In this document: piece by piece, positions 38,584 through 47,471 of the stretch | Layout of the letters: every line of letters begins with the position of its first letter | Numbering within the stretch: the stretch's first letter is position 1 | DNA from: Bacteroidales bacterium | GTDB taxonomy: Bacteria; Bacteroidota; Bacteroidia; Bacteroidales; WCHB1-69 | Reading direction: 5' to 3' | Assembly: GCA_024400775.1 (NCBI GenBank) | Contig: JAKSMF010000001.1 | Coordinates: 1,297-65,296, forward strand | DNA length: 64,000 bases | The notes under the pieces: model-generated | What the model saw: the letters and a program-made list of their open reading frames with translations, nothing else | Database searches by the model: none | Told to the model about the DNA's origin: nothing | Program-made: the position numbers and the translations under genes

Positions 38584-38621
38584 CAAAAAAATATTGAGGC
38601 GAGTATTGACCGGTTTTTCTT

Positions 38622-40103
38622 ATGGAAAAGAATTATCTGAAAGAATTAAAAAATCCTGTATATCAAATTGTTGGAGAAGCGGCTGAAGAGATGGGGCTGG
38701 TGGCGTACGCCGTCGGCGGTGTGGTGAGAGATATCTTTTTAAACCGCAGTTCGAAAGACATCGACATCGTGGTCGTCGGTTCGGGCATTGAGTTGGCGAA
38801 GGCGACGGCACGCAAAATTTCGCCCAACCTCGGGGTGAATGTCTATAAGAACTTCGGCACGGCGCAGTTTACCCACGACGGCATTATGGTCGAATTTGTC
38901 GGTGCGCGCAAAGAGTCGTACTCGCACGATTCGCGCAAGCCCGTAGTGGAAGACGGCACGCTGGAAGACGATCAGAACCGCCGTGACTTCACCATCAACG
39001 CGCTGGCGATTGCCCTCAACGGTCCGAAAAAAGGCTGCATCATCGACTCCTTCCATGGTATTGAAGACATCAGCAACAAGCTGATTCGCACGCCGTTAGA
39101 TCCCGACATTACCTTTTCTGACGACCCGCTCCGAATGCTACGCGCCATCCGTTTCGCCTCGCAACTCAACTTCACCATCGTTCCCGAAACCTACGAGGCC
39201 ATCAAGCGCAACGCCTATCGTCTGGAAATTATTTCCAAAGAACGCATTGCGGAAGAGATGAACAAGATACTGCTTTCCCCCAAACCCTCCATCGGACTTA
39301 ATCTGCTGGATGATAGCGGTTTGCTGATACAATTTCTACCCGAACTGATTGCGTTGAAAGGCGTGGAAACCATCAACGGGCTCAAACACAAAGACAATTT
39401 TCTGCATACGTTGGAGGTGGTTGATAAGATTGCGATGGTCAGCAACAACCTCTACCTCATTTGGGCAGCGCTGTTTCACGACATCGCCAAACCCAAAACC
39501 AAGCGTTTTGACGAAAAAATCGGTTGGACGTTCCACGGGCATGAATTTCTCGGTTCGAAGATGATTCCGGGATTGTTCAAGCGGCTGAAGCTGCCATGCA
39601 ACGAAAAGATGAAGTACGTGCAAAAAATCGTCGGGCTGCATCTTCGTCCGCAAGCGCTTGTAGATGAAAGCATTACTGATTCCGCCGTACGCCGCCTGCT
39701 ATTCGAGGCGGGCGATGATGTAGATGACCTCATGTTGCTTTGCGAGGCCGACATCACCTCCAAAAACATGGCCAAGGTGAAACGCTACCTCGACAACTTC
39801 GCCATTGTACGGCAGAAGTTCATCGAAATCGAGGAGAAGGATAAGATTCGCAACTGGCGACCGCCGATTGACGGCGAACTGATTATGCAGACATTCGGAT
39901 TAAAGCCGTCACGCGAAGTAGGCACGATAAAAGATGCGGTTTGCAACGCCATTTTGGATGGTGTGATTGAAAACACGTATGCCGCTGCCAGCCAGATGAT
40001 GGTGGAAGAGGGCGTGAAGCTGGGCTTTTCGGTAGTGCAACTGCCGCCGCCGGAGCCGCCGAAAACAGCAGAAGAGAAAGAAAATAAGGAAGAAAGCGAA
40101 TAA
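38622..40103 (+). CDS. tRNA nucleotidyltransferase / poly(A) polymerase family protein with HD domain (CCA-adding type)
   Basis: 493 aa. It has the head domain YAVGGVVRDIFLNRSSKDIDIVV, RRDFTINALA, and an HD region (LFHDIAKP...HGHEFLG). Confidence 0.85.
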   Translation: MEKNYLKELKNPVYQIVGEAAEEMGLVAYAVGGVVRDIFLNRSSKDIDIVVVGSGIELAKATARKISPNLGVNVYKNFGTAQFTHDGIMVEFVGARKESYSHDSRKPVVEDGTLEDDQNRRDFTINALAIALNGPKKGCIIDSFHGIEDISNKLIRTPLDPDITFSDDPLRMLRAIRFASQLNFTIVPETYEAIKRNAYRLEIISKERIAEEMNKILLSPKPSIGLNLLDDSGLLIQFLPELIALKGVETINGLKHKDNFLHTLEVVDKIAMVSNNLYLIWAALFHDIAKPKTKRFDEKIGWTFHGHEFLGSKMIPGLFKRLKLPCNEKMKYVQKIVGLHLRPQALVDESITDSAVRRLLFEAGDDVDDLMLLCEADITSKNMAKVKRYLDNFAIVRQKFIEIEEKDKIRNWRPPIDGELIMQTFGLKPSREVGTIKDAVCNAILDGVIENTYAAASQMMVEEGVKLGFSVVQLPPPEPPKTAEEKENKEESE

Positions 40104-40162
40104 TGCCTTATGGGACATTAACTTTTTCATCATTTTCGCAACTTCACTCCTAACAATTTTTG

Positions 40163-40170
40163 TATATTTG
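40163..40170 (+). promoter_or_regulatory. -7 box TAtaTTTG
   Basis: The context is TATATTTGccgcc, 37 nt upstream of the ATG at 40208. Confidence 0.45.
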
Positions 40171-40207
40171 CCGCCGAAATTTTTGAAAATCAACAAATTT
40201 TTATCAT

Positions 40208-41368
40208 ATGATTTACTTAGACAATTCCGCAACAAGTTTTCCCAAACCGACTGAGGTTTATGATTTTATGAACAACTTTTATCGCACACACGGTGTGAAT
40301 CCGGGTCGTTCCGGTTTTGACGCTGCGATTGAAACTGGCGAACTTGTTTCCGACACTCGCCGTATGCTCACCAAGCTCTTCAACGGCGGTGGCGACTTCA
40401 ACCGTCTGACTTTCAGTTACAACGCTACCGACTCTTTGAACATGATTATTCAAGGTTTGGCGCTGGAGCATCCTGGTGCGCACGTCATCACCACCATGCT
40501 CGAACATAACTCCGTTCTCCGCCCGCTCTATACACTCGAACAGCGCGGTCAGATTGAAGTCACCTATCTTCCGTTCGACGAACGCGGATATGTCAATCCC
40601 GACGATGTAAAGAAAGCCATCAAACCCAACACTAAATTCATGGTTTGCACGCACTGTTCCAACGTCATCGGTACCATCCAGCCGTTGGCGGAAATCGGTA
40701 AGGTTTGCCACGACCACGGCATCATCTTCGTGGTGGATGGCAGCCAGGGCGCCGGTGCCGTTGATTTGGACATGCAAGCACAAAATATTGACGTTTACTG
40801 CTTTACCGGTCACAAATGCCTGATGGGGCCCACCGGTATTGGTGGTTCATACGTTCGCGAAGGCATCACCATCGGTCAGACCCGCTTCGGTGGTACCGGT
40901 GTGCGTTCCGCCGTTCCCAACCATTTGGAAGAATATCCGTATCGCCTTGAAGCCGGCACTCTCAACCTCCTCGGCGTCGCCGGTCTGTATGCCGGTGTGA
41001 AATGGATCACCAAAGAGGGCATTATGAACATCCACAACCGCGAAATGGCTTTATGGAAGAAACTGCGTGACGGTTTGAAGGAAATCGAAGGTGTGACCAT
41101 CTACTGTGCCACCTCCACCGAAAATCAGAACCCGGTTCTCTCCTTCAATGTTAAAGGTTGGGATTCCAGCGACGTAGGCACCATGCTCGACGTTGACTAC
41201 GACATCGCCTGCCGTATCGGTTTGCACTGCGCTCCGAAAGTTCACGTCGGTCTCGGCACTATCGACATCCACGGCACCGTCCGCTTCAGCGTCGGCGCTT
41301 TCACTACCGAACAAGATATCGACACCGCCATCGACGCCATCAAGGACATCGCCGCAATGAAGAACTAA
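40208..41368 (+). CDS. Class V aminotransferase-fold PLP enzyme (cysteine desulfurase family)
   Basis: 386 aa with MIYLDNSATSFPKP, the PLP-lysine context CFTGHKCLMGPTGIGG, and the C-terminal RFSVGAFTT. Confidence 0.8.
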   Translation: MIYLDNSATSFPKPTEVYDFMNNFYRTHGVNPGRSGFDAAIETGELVSDTRRMLTKLFNGGGDFNRLTFSYNATDSLNMIIQGLALEHPGAHVITTMLEHNSVLRPLYTLEQRGQIEVTYLPFDERGYVNPDDVKKAIKPNTKFMVCTHCSNVIGTIQPLAEIGKVCHDHGIIFVVDGSQGAGAVDLDMQAQNIDVYCFTGHKCLMGPTGIGGSYVREGITIGQTRFGGTGVRSAVPNHLEEYPYRLEAGTLNLLGVAGLYAGVKWITKEGIMNIHNREMALWKKLRDGLKEIEGVTIYCATSTENQNPVLSFNVKGWDSSDVGTMLDVDYDIACRIGLHCAPKVHVGLGTIDIHGTVRFSVGAFTTEQDIDTAIDAIKDIAAMKN

Positions 41369-41404
41369 CAAGGGTCGTGTTAAAATAGTATCATGATTGT
41401 ATAG

Positions 41405-41448
41405 TTGTGGGGATGGAGAATTTCACAAATTTCATCCCCACAATTTTT
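41405..41448 (+). terminator. Rho-independent terminator after the aminotransferase gene
   Basis: TTGTGGGGATG-(17 nt loop)-CATCCCCACAA is a perfect 11 bp stem followed by TTTTT. Confidence 0.7.
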
Positions 41449-41479
41449 AATTCCTAATTCCAAATTTTTAATTCCTAAT
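41444..41479 (+). promoter_or_regulatory. Perfect 15-bp direct repeat TTTTTAATTCCTAAT x2 (21 bp period)
   Basis: The copies are at 41444-41458 and 41465-41479. The second ends 6 nt before the ATG at 41486. Each contains the TTCCTAA heptamer motif. Confidence 0.35.
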
Positions 41480-41485
41480 AAAAAA

Positions 41486-42568
41486 ATGCTTCCTTCTCCG
41501 CAGAAAGAAATGTATGCCAAAGAGCGTTTTAGTGCGCTTCAGGCACAACGATTGGCCCAAGAAATCGCTTTTGGCCCTATCGTTTTCCAAGTATCACGCC
41601 TCATGGTGAAATTCGGCATCTTCCAGATGCTGGACGATCACAAAGACGGGATGACGATGGACGAAATCGCACAGCAGGCCAACTTGTCGCACTACGGCGC
41701 GCAGGTATTGCTGGAGTCATCGCTCACTACTGGAACCATCTTATTGAAAGACAATAAGTTCTATTTAGCCAAACCAGGATGGTTCCTATTGCACGACGAC
41801 ATGGCCCGCGTCAACATGGACTTTAACCACGATGTAAACTATCTGGGACTTTTTAATTTGGAGGAAGCCATTTTGAACGGGAAACCGGAGGGTTTGAAGG
41901 TTTTTGGCGAATGGCCGACGATTTACGAAGGGCTTTCGCAACTGCCGGCGCAGGTGCAGAAAAGCTGGTTCGGCTTCGACCACTTCTATTCCGACAACTC
42001 CTTCGAGCAGGCATTGCAGATTGTATTCGCCAACCATCCGCGCACGCTGTTGGATGTCGGCGGCAACACCGGTCGTTGGGCGACACAGTGCGTGAAGTTC
42101 GATAAAGCGGTGAATGTCACCATTATGGATTTGCCGCAGCAGTTGGAAATGATGCGCAAGGCGACGGCGGAATTGGAAGGAGCGGACCGCATTCACGGTT
42201 ACGGCGGCAACCTGCTGGATGAAGCCACCGCCATGCCGACGGGCTTCGACGCCATCTGGATGAGCCAGTTTTTGGACTGCTTTTCCGAAGAGCAGGTGTG
42301 CAGCATTCTGCGCCGCGCCGCACAAGCCATGTCGGCCGACAGCAAACTCTACATTATGGAGACCTTCTGGGACCGCCAGCGTTTTGAAACCGCATCCTAT
42401 TGCTTAGCGCAAATCAGTCTCTATTTCACGGCTTTGGCGAACGGAAACAGCAAAATGTACTACTCCGACGACATGGCCCGCTGCGTGGAGGCATCCGGTT
42501 TGCGTATCGAAACCATCCACGATGGTTTAGGGCTGGGACACAGTATCATGCAGTGCGTTAAAAAGTAG
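41486..42568 (+). CDS. Class I SAM-dependent O-methyltransferase with N-terminal dimerisation/winged-helix domain
   Basis: About 360 aa counted from MLPSPQKEMYAKE. The SAM motif is LLDVGGNTGRWA. The plant-type/COMT-like bacterial OMT layout is present. Confidence 0.7.
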   Translation: MLPSPQKEMYAKERFSALQAQRLAQEIAFGPIVFQVSRLMVKFGIFQMLDDHKDGMTMDEIAQQANLSHYGAQVLLESSLTTGTILLKDNKFYLAKPGWFLLHDDMARVNMDFNHDVNYLGLFNLEEAILNGKPEGLKVFGEWPTIYEGLSQLPAQVQKSWFGFDHFYSDNSFEQALQIVFANHPRTLLDVGGNTGRWATQCVKFDKAVNVTIMDLPQQLEMMRKATAELEGADRIHGYGGNLLDEATAMPTGFDAIWMSQFLDCFSEEQVCSILRRAAQAMSADSKLYIMETFWDRQRFETASYCLAQISLYFTALANGNSKMYYSDDMARCVEASGLRIETIHDGLGLGHSIMQCVKK

Positions 42569-42660
42569 ATGAATTTATTTATAACTATTTATGTAATAAT
42601 AAATTAAATAAAAATCTATTTTTTTACATAATAAGAAAGAGATTATACAACTCATCAATA

Positions 42661-43908
42661 ATGAATATTTTATCACCAACCAGTTGCAAACAGTCAACTT
42701 CAGGTAAGTCTTTTTATACCCAATCGCAGCAGGCAAGTTCTCCAAAGCGCTATTTAACTTCCATCATATTCACATTCTGCCTTCTGTTTTGGGCAGAAGA
42801 CGGCGCATTTTGTCAGACTGTCACTTCTGCCGGACTTGTTCCGATGGGGGGCAATGCGACAACGGCCGAGGCAGGCTCCGTCGCATCGTCGTACGGACTG
42901 ACCTTCAACAACGTCCTCGGCGGCCTTTCCGAAGGACTTCAGCAGGCACAAGTGGAAAACACCCGCGACACCCTGCTGCTCACCACCGACGAAGTTTCCG
43001 CGCAAGGCCTGCAAACCGGCTATGTGTCCCCCGACAACGACGCTTTCCTCGGTTATACGGCCGAGGGCTACGATTCATACGCGCAACACTTTGTGTATGA
43101 GTACCAATGCCCCGACAACGTAAGTGAAACGATGACGGCTTCGGGACATTCCACCATGGAAGTCACTCTGCAGGAACCGGTGGTCACGCCCACTCCTTTC
43201 GACGGAGTCATCGCGCTCGCCACGCCCGCTTCCAACCCGTTTGCCTACCCCATCGGCGAGACCGAGGCGCAGTGGGACATCGCTGTCGGCGACCAGAGCC
43301 GCAACTGCCCGCTGAAAGTGAATATCATGCAGATGCTCTGTCCGGCTACCGTTTCCGACATTGATGACAACGTGTACAACGTGGTTTCCATCACCCCCTA
43401 CTGCTGGACCGGCAGGAACATGGCGGCCGTGCGCTATGGCGATGGCACCGACATTCCCGGCGTGATGGTTTATCCGCAGGGATCGTACACCTACGATATG
43501 GCCAATACTTTCGGTCGGCTCTATACCTGGCCCGCCGCCTCCCACAATGGTGCAACCAACGCCGCCGGTTTCGTGCAGGGCGTCTGTCCCCACGGCTGGC
43601 ACCTGCCCACACAGACGGAGGCCGAACACCTGATGAGCGCCGTTGAGCCCACCGACCTGATGACGCCCGACTACTGGCTGCCACAAGGCGGTACCAACGC
43701 CACCGATTTCGGCGAGCTTCCCGCCGGTTTCTACAACGCGGAAAGCGGTTATTATGAGGGGCTGCTCGTGAAATCATACTTCTGGACCACCGAACCGGCC
43801 GGCACCACCTACATTGCCTGCGAGTTCGGCTCCGCGTGCGGCACACTGGTGGCTACACCCGCACATAGTGCCTCTGGACTCAGCGTCCGCTGCGTGCTCG
43901 ATTATTGA
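42661..43908 (+). CDS. FISUMP-domain protein (Fibrobacter succinogenes major paralogous domain, TIGR02145-like)
   Basis: 415 aa. The C-terminal ~190 aa carry the hallmarks DNVYNVVSI..CWTGRNM, LYTW, GVCPHGWHLPT..E...L, LPAGFY, YFWTT and LSVRCV. The N-terminus has a hydrophobic signal-like segment. Confidence 0.8.
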   Translation: MNILSPTSCKQSTSGKSFYTQSQQASSPKRYLTSIIFTFCLLFWAEDGAFCQTVTSAGLVPMGGNATTAEAGSVASSYGLTFNNVLGGLSEGLQQAQVENTRDTLLLTTDEVSAQGLQTGYVSPDNDAFLGYTAEGYDSYAQHFVYEYQCPDNVSETMTASGHSTMEVTLQEPVVTPTPFDGVIALATPASNPFAYPIGETEAQWDIAVGDQSRNCPLKVNIMQMLCPATVSDIDDNVYNVVSITPYCWTGRNMAAVRYGDGTDIPGVMVYPQGSYTYDMANTFGRLYTWPAASHNGATNAAGFVQGVCPHGWHLPTQTEAEHLMSAVEPTDLMTPDYWLPQGGTNATDFGELPAGFYNAESGYYEGLLVKSYFWTTEPAGTTYIACEFGSACGTLVATPAHSASGLSVRCVLDY

Positions 43909-44084
43909 TTCAAGTTTCGCAAGTTAACAAAATAATTATAACAGACTTAGGACTTGAGACTTATGAAAGAGAAACGAGAACAATGAGAACAACGAGAATG
44001 AATGGATTTGCCATCATATTTCCGATTCCGACTTGAAAAGTCGTAAGTCTCCATTACAACAAGAAAAAAAAACAGCCTGCGAAA

Positions 44085-44141
44085 GTTGAGTTATTAAATC
44101 GGTTAAACGGTTAAACGAAATCAACAACTCAATAACTCAAC
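44085..44141. repeat. 11-bp perfect inverted repeat in the FISUMP-2 upstream region
   Basis: GTTGAGTTATT (44085-44095) pairs with AATAACTCAAC (44131-44141), separated by 35 nt that include CGGTTAAA x2. Confidence 0.8.
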
Positions 44142-44207
44142 AGATCACAGTTCACAGATCACAAATCAACGATTCAACAATAAAAATTAATCAATAAACA
44201 ATCAAAA

Positions 44208-47138
44208 ATGAAAAAAGCATTTGCAGTCTTTACACTTTTGCTCGGATTGATTTCAATGTTCGCACAGTCGGGGCCGACATTCCCATATCAAGCCGTGGTG
44301 AGAAATTCGCAAAACCAGCTCATCAAAGACAGCACCTTTGCCATTGGCGTGGAGGTCTATCAGGGCGTTGATTTGAAATTCAGCGAAACGCAGAGCGTGA
44401 CCACCAACGCCAACGGACAGTTCACGATGAACATCGGTGGCGGCACACTGGTGTCGGGGGCGATGGCCGACGTGGCCGACTGGAGCGTGGCGAAGTTCAA
44501 AATCACCTACCACCTCAGCGAAGGCGACATTGTTTCGGAAAACGCGGTGAGTCCCGTTCCATACGCGTTGCAAGCGGCCAACGTAGCGGAAAACGCCTCT
44601 TTGGATTGCGCTGATGTGATAAACTGCATTGCAGACACGTTGAACCATTATACCACCACAACCGCTCTTGAGCAGCTGCTGCAACAAATTTCTGCGCGAA
44701 TGGATGCGCAGGAAGCCACGATCGATTCTCTGCGTCATCTGGTTGACTCCCTGTCCGACCTTTCCCACGGCGGCGGCTCCACACCGAGCGCAATATTCTT
44801 CTGCGACTCCTCCACAGTGAAAGACGTTGACCAAAACGAATATCACACGGTGTCCATCGGCAACCAGTGTTGGATGAAAGAGAATTTGAGGACCAAGACA
44901 CATACCTATGGCAGCGTATATACCAATCCGGATGTTGATTCTGTCATCTACGGCCGCTATTACGATTGGGAAGCCATAATGCAGGTGGCTGATGCTAATT
45001 CTTCAGATTTCACCCCAACTGGTATCCATCAGGGAATCTGTCCTACGGGCTGGCACGTACCTTCACAGGCCGAGTGGAATACGTTGATCTCATACGTAAA
45101 CAGCGAAACAGGCTACAAATGCGATGGTAATAATGACTATATCGCCAACGCGCTTTCCTCCGATACGGGATGGGAAAGTCCCGATGGATGCTGTGCCGGA
45201 CATAACTCTTTCACCTTAAACAAGACCGGTTTTTCGGCTGTCCCCTCTGGCTACAAATTTTTCCAAACGGACAGTTACATTGGAAACGGATGGATCACAT
45301 TCATTGGATCGTCCACTCAGAGCAATAGCCAAAGCGTACGCATCCTTTATCTGAGGAACGATGATCCTAATACGAACACAGCAAACAGCTCTCTCAAGAT
45401 GGACGGCGTCTCTGTCCGCTGTCTTCGCGATGCGGGTATTGTTGGGAATGCCGGTAGCAACGAGAGTGGCATTGGCAGTGGCAACACCCCATCCACCCCG
45501 GCAACGATGAGCTGCGAGGATGTGATAGAATGTATAGGCGACACCCTCGGCCGACTCAACGCGCGCATCACATCGCAGGGCGCAGAAATTGAGACTCTGA
45601 TTGGCACTGTGGCTTCGCAGGACGAAACCATCGACTCTCTCGCTAAATTGGTTGCCTCTCAAGACAGTGCCATCAACTCCCTGAGCAATCAAATGATTCC
45701 ATTCAACTGCGGCACTTCCGAGGTGAAGGACGTTGACAATAACACTTACAACACCGTCCAAATCGGCAACCAGTGCTGGATGGCCCAGAACTTGAGAACG
45801 AAAACGCATCAATACGGCAATGTATGGACTAAAACAGATGTGGACTCTGCAATCTACGGTCGCTACTATGATTGGGCGGCCGTGATGCAGGGCGAATCTG
45901 GCAGCACGGTTCAAGGCATCTGCCCGGCTGGCTGGCACGTGCCGAGCGATGCGGACTGGGACACGCTGACCACCTACGTGAGCAGCGTTGAAGCATACAA
46001 ATGTAATAGCTCTATCGCCAGTGCGTTGTCTGATTCTACCGGGTGGAAATCCTCCAGCATATGTTGTGCCGGTGACAACAGCTCTGCTACCATAAATATA
46101 ACTGGCTTCGCGGCTGTTCCCGCTGGCAGTTTCACAGACGGTTTCGGAGGTTTTGGCTACGACGCCTACTTCTGGAGTGCTACCGAGTACAATAACCAAA
46201 TGGCATTATGTCAGAGTCTGCATAGTCTCGCTACCGGTGTGAGCAGCTACGAGGACTATAAGAGTCACTGTTATTCTGTCCGTTGCGTGCGCAATGCGGG
46301 TATTGTTGGGAATGCCGGTAGCAACGAGAGTGGCATTGGCAGTGGCGGAAGCCACTCCGCCCCTGATGGTGGCGACAATGACTGCTGCTCCGAATTGAGA
46401 GCAAGACTCGACAGCCTCGAAAATGTAATCGACTCCCTTGCCAACGTCATCAATAACGGCAAAGTGGCCGATGGCCAACCCTGCCCGGGCGTCGCAACTG
46501 TTTCCGATGCTGATGGCAATACTTACAACACGGTGAAAATCGGCAGCCAGTGCTGGATGAAAGAAAATCTGAGAAAGAGGCCGACAATAGGAAATTCCTG
46601 GAATCCTGGCGGTGATGAGGGGAACGTGGCTGCCAACGGCCTCCTGTACGACTGGACAGCCGTGATGCAGGTCGCTGATGCTAATAACACCCTGGTTGCT
46701 GTTCAAGATAAACATCAGGGCATCTGCCCCAACGGTTGGCACGTGCCTTCACAAACCGAGTGGGAGACGCTGAGCCATTACACGTTCGACAACTACAGAT
46801 GCGCCGACTGCGAGGAATTTGACCCGATATGGCAATCGAATCACGCTTACTGTGTCGCCAAGGCATTGTGTTCGGCCGCGTGGAATGATGGCGGCAGTAG
46901 CTGTAATGCGAACAGCAACGCAATAGGCAAAAACGTCACGGGATTCTCTATTCTTCCTGCTGGAGCCTGTTTCAGCGAAACCCCTGGCTCTTTTGGTGCT
47001 CACGCATACTTCTGGAGTACTACTCAACGCGATGAAATTGCCGTAAATTCTTGGTCTTTGGGCAGCTTAGCTTCCTCTTTCGACTTGTACTCAGACAATA
47101 AGTCTGTCGGTCTTTCCGTGCGCTGCGTGCGCAATTGA
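44208..47138 (+). CDS. Large secreted protein with three coiled-coil + FISUMP modules
   Basis: 976 aa. It has a signal peptide (MKKAFAVFTLLLGLISMFAQ) and an N-terminal beta domain (PYQAVVRN...TNANGQFTMNIGGG). Three modules follow, each a Cys-pair/heptad stalk plus a FISUMP domain ending SVRC(L/V)R. The FISUMP domains span approximately 44802-45425, 45705-46292 and 46482-47135. Confidence 0.8.
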   Translation: MKKAFAVFTLLLGLISMFAQSGPTFPYQAVVRNSQNQLIKDSTFAIGVEVYQGVDLKFSETQSVTTNANGQFTMNIGGGTLVSGAMADVADWSVAKFKITYHLSEGDIVSENAVSPVPYALQAANVAENASLDCADVINCIADTLNHYTTTTALEQLLQQISARMDAQEATIDSLRHLVDSLSDLSHGGGSTPSAIFFCDSSTVKDVDQNEYHTVSIGNQCWMKENLRTKTHTYGSVYTNPDVDSVIYGRYYDWEAIMQVADANSSDFTPTGIHQGICPTGWHVPSQAEWNTLISYVNSETGYKCDGNNDYIANALSSDTGWESPDGCCAGHNSFTLNKTGFSAVPSGYKFFQTDSYIGNGWITFIGSSTQSNSQSVRILYLRNDDPNTNTANSSLKMDGVSVRCLRDAGIVGNAGSNESGIGSGNTPSTPATMSCEDVIECIGDTLGRLNARITSQGAEIETLIGTVASQDETIDSLAKLVASQDSAINSLSNQMIPFNCGTSEVKDVDNNTYNTVQIGNQCWMAQNLRTKTHQYGNVWTKTDVDSAIYGRYYDWAAVMQGESGSTVQGICPAGWHVPSDADWDTLTTYVSSVEAYKCNSSIASALSDSTGWKSSSICCAGDNSSATINITGFAAVPAGSFTDGFGGFGYDAYFWSATEYNNQMALCQSLHSLATGVSSYEDYKSHCYSVRCVRNAGIVGNAGSNESGIGSGGSHSAPDGGDNDCCSELRARLDSLENVIDSLANVINNGKVADGQPCPGVATVSDADGNTYNTVKIGSQCWMKENLRKRPTIGNSWNPGGDEGNVAANGLLYDWTAVMQVADANNTLVAVQDKHQGICPNGWHVPSQTEWETLSHYTFDNYRCADCEEFDPIWQSNHAYCVAKALCSAAWNDGGSSCNANSNAIGKNVTGFSILPAGACFSETPGSFGAHAYFWSTTQRDEIAVNSWSLGSLASSFDLYSDNKSVGLSVRCVRN
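45430..45482 (+). repeat. 53-bp perfect intragenic direct repeat, copy 1
   Basis: ATGCGGGTATTGTTGGGAATGCCGGTAGCAACGAGAGTGGCATTGGCAGTGGC encodes the AGIVGNAGSNESGIGSG linker. Confidence 0.95.
46294..46346 (+). repeat. 53-bp perfect intragenic direct repeat, copy 2
   Basis: Identical to 45430-45482, located 864 bp downstream and in the same reading frame. Confidence 0.95.
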
Positions 47139-47364
47139 GTTAGGGAGAAGAGTTCAGAACTGCTTTCAACCCACTTACAGATACCATAGAACACTAAGAC
47201 AGAGTTTCACGCGGAGCCTAAACTGAGGCGACCGCAATTCCTGATACCATATAACAGACAATTAAGACGAAACGAGAACTTGCGTTTTTGCAGTTCGAAA
47301 AAAAGTTTAGCGGACGGCAATAGAATTTTATCGCACTTTACGAACTTTATAAACTAATTATGAT

Positions 47365-47372
47365 TATTTTTG
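47365..47372 (+). promoter_or_regulatory. -7 box TAttTTTG for the trk operon
   Basis: The context is TATTTTTGcagcc, leaving a ~100 nt leader before the ATG at 47472. Confidence 0.5.
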
Positions 47373-47471
47373 CAGCCTCGATTTTGTCAGATTTCGCTTA
47401 ACGAATTTCGCAAGGTTTGACAAGTCGAAATAAAGAAACGGAGAAATAGAATCCCCCATAATTTCAAAAAT

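Noticed and set aside
38458-38640. 60-aa ORF in the sppA/CCA-enzyme divergent spacer.
   Set aside because: It is extremely AT-rich with an Ile/Asn/Phe/Lys-biased translation, and it contains the TATTTTTG promoter box of the downstream gene. It is most likely a spurious ORF in promoter DNA.
42661-47138. Diversity-generating retroelement targeting the C-lectin-like FISUMP domains, or a horizontally acquired high-GC island.
   Set aside because: No reverse transcriptase gene is present, and there is no template/variable repeat pair with adenine-specific mismatches; the only long repeat is the perfect 53-bp linker. GC is high here (about 57-68% in sampled lines), but core genes such as dprA are equally GC-rich (about 70% in one sampled line), so composition does not single out this block.
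47373-47471. c-di-AMP (ydaO/kimA-type) riboswitch in the trkA leader, prompted by a UCGCUUAAC-like stretch.
   Set aside because: The leader is only about 100 nt. It lacks the paired ACGGGGA..CCA / GGGGUGAAUC cores and the CAGCUAACCUCGUAAGCG 3' element. The resemblance is limited to one short word.
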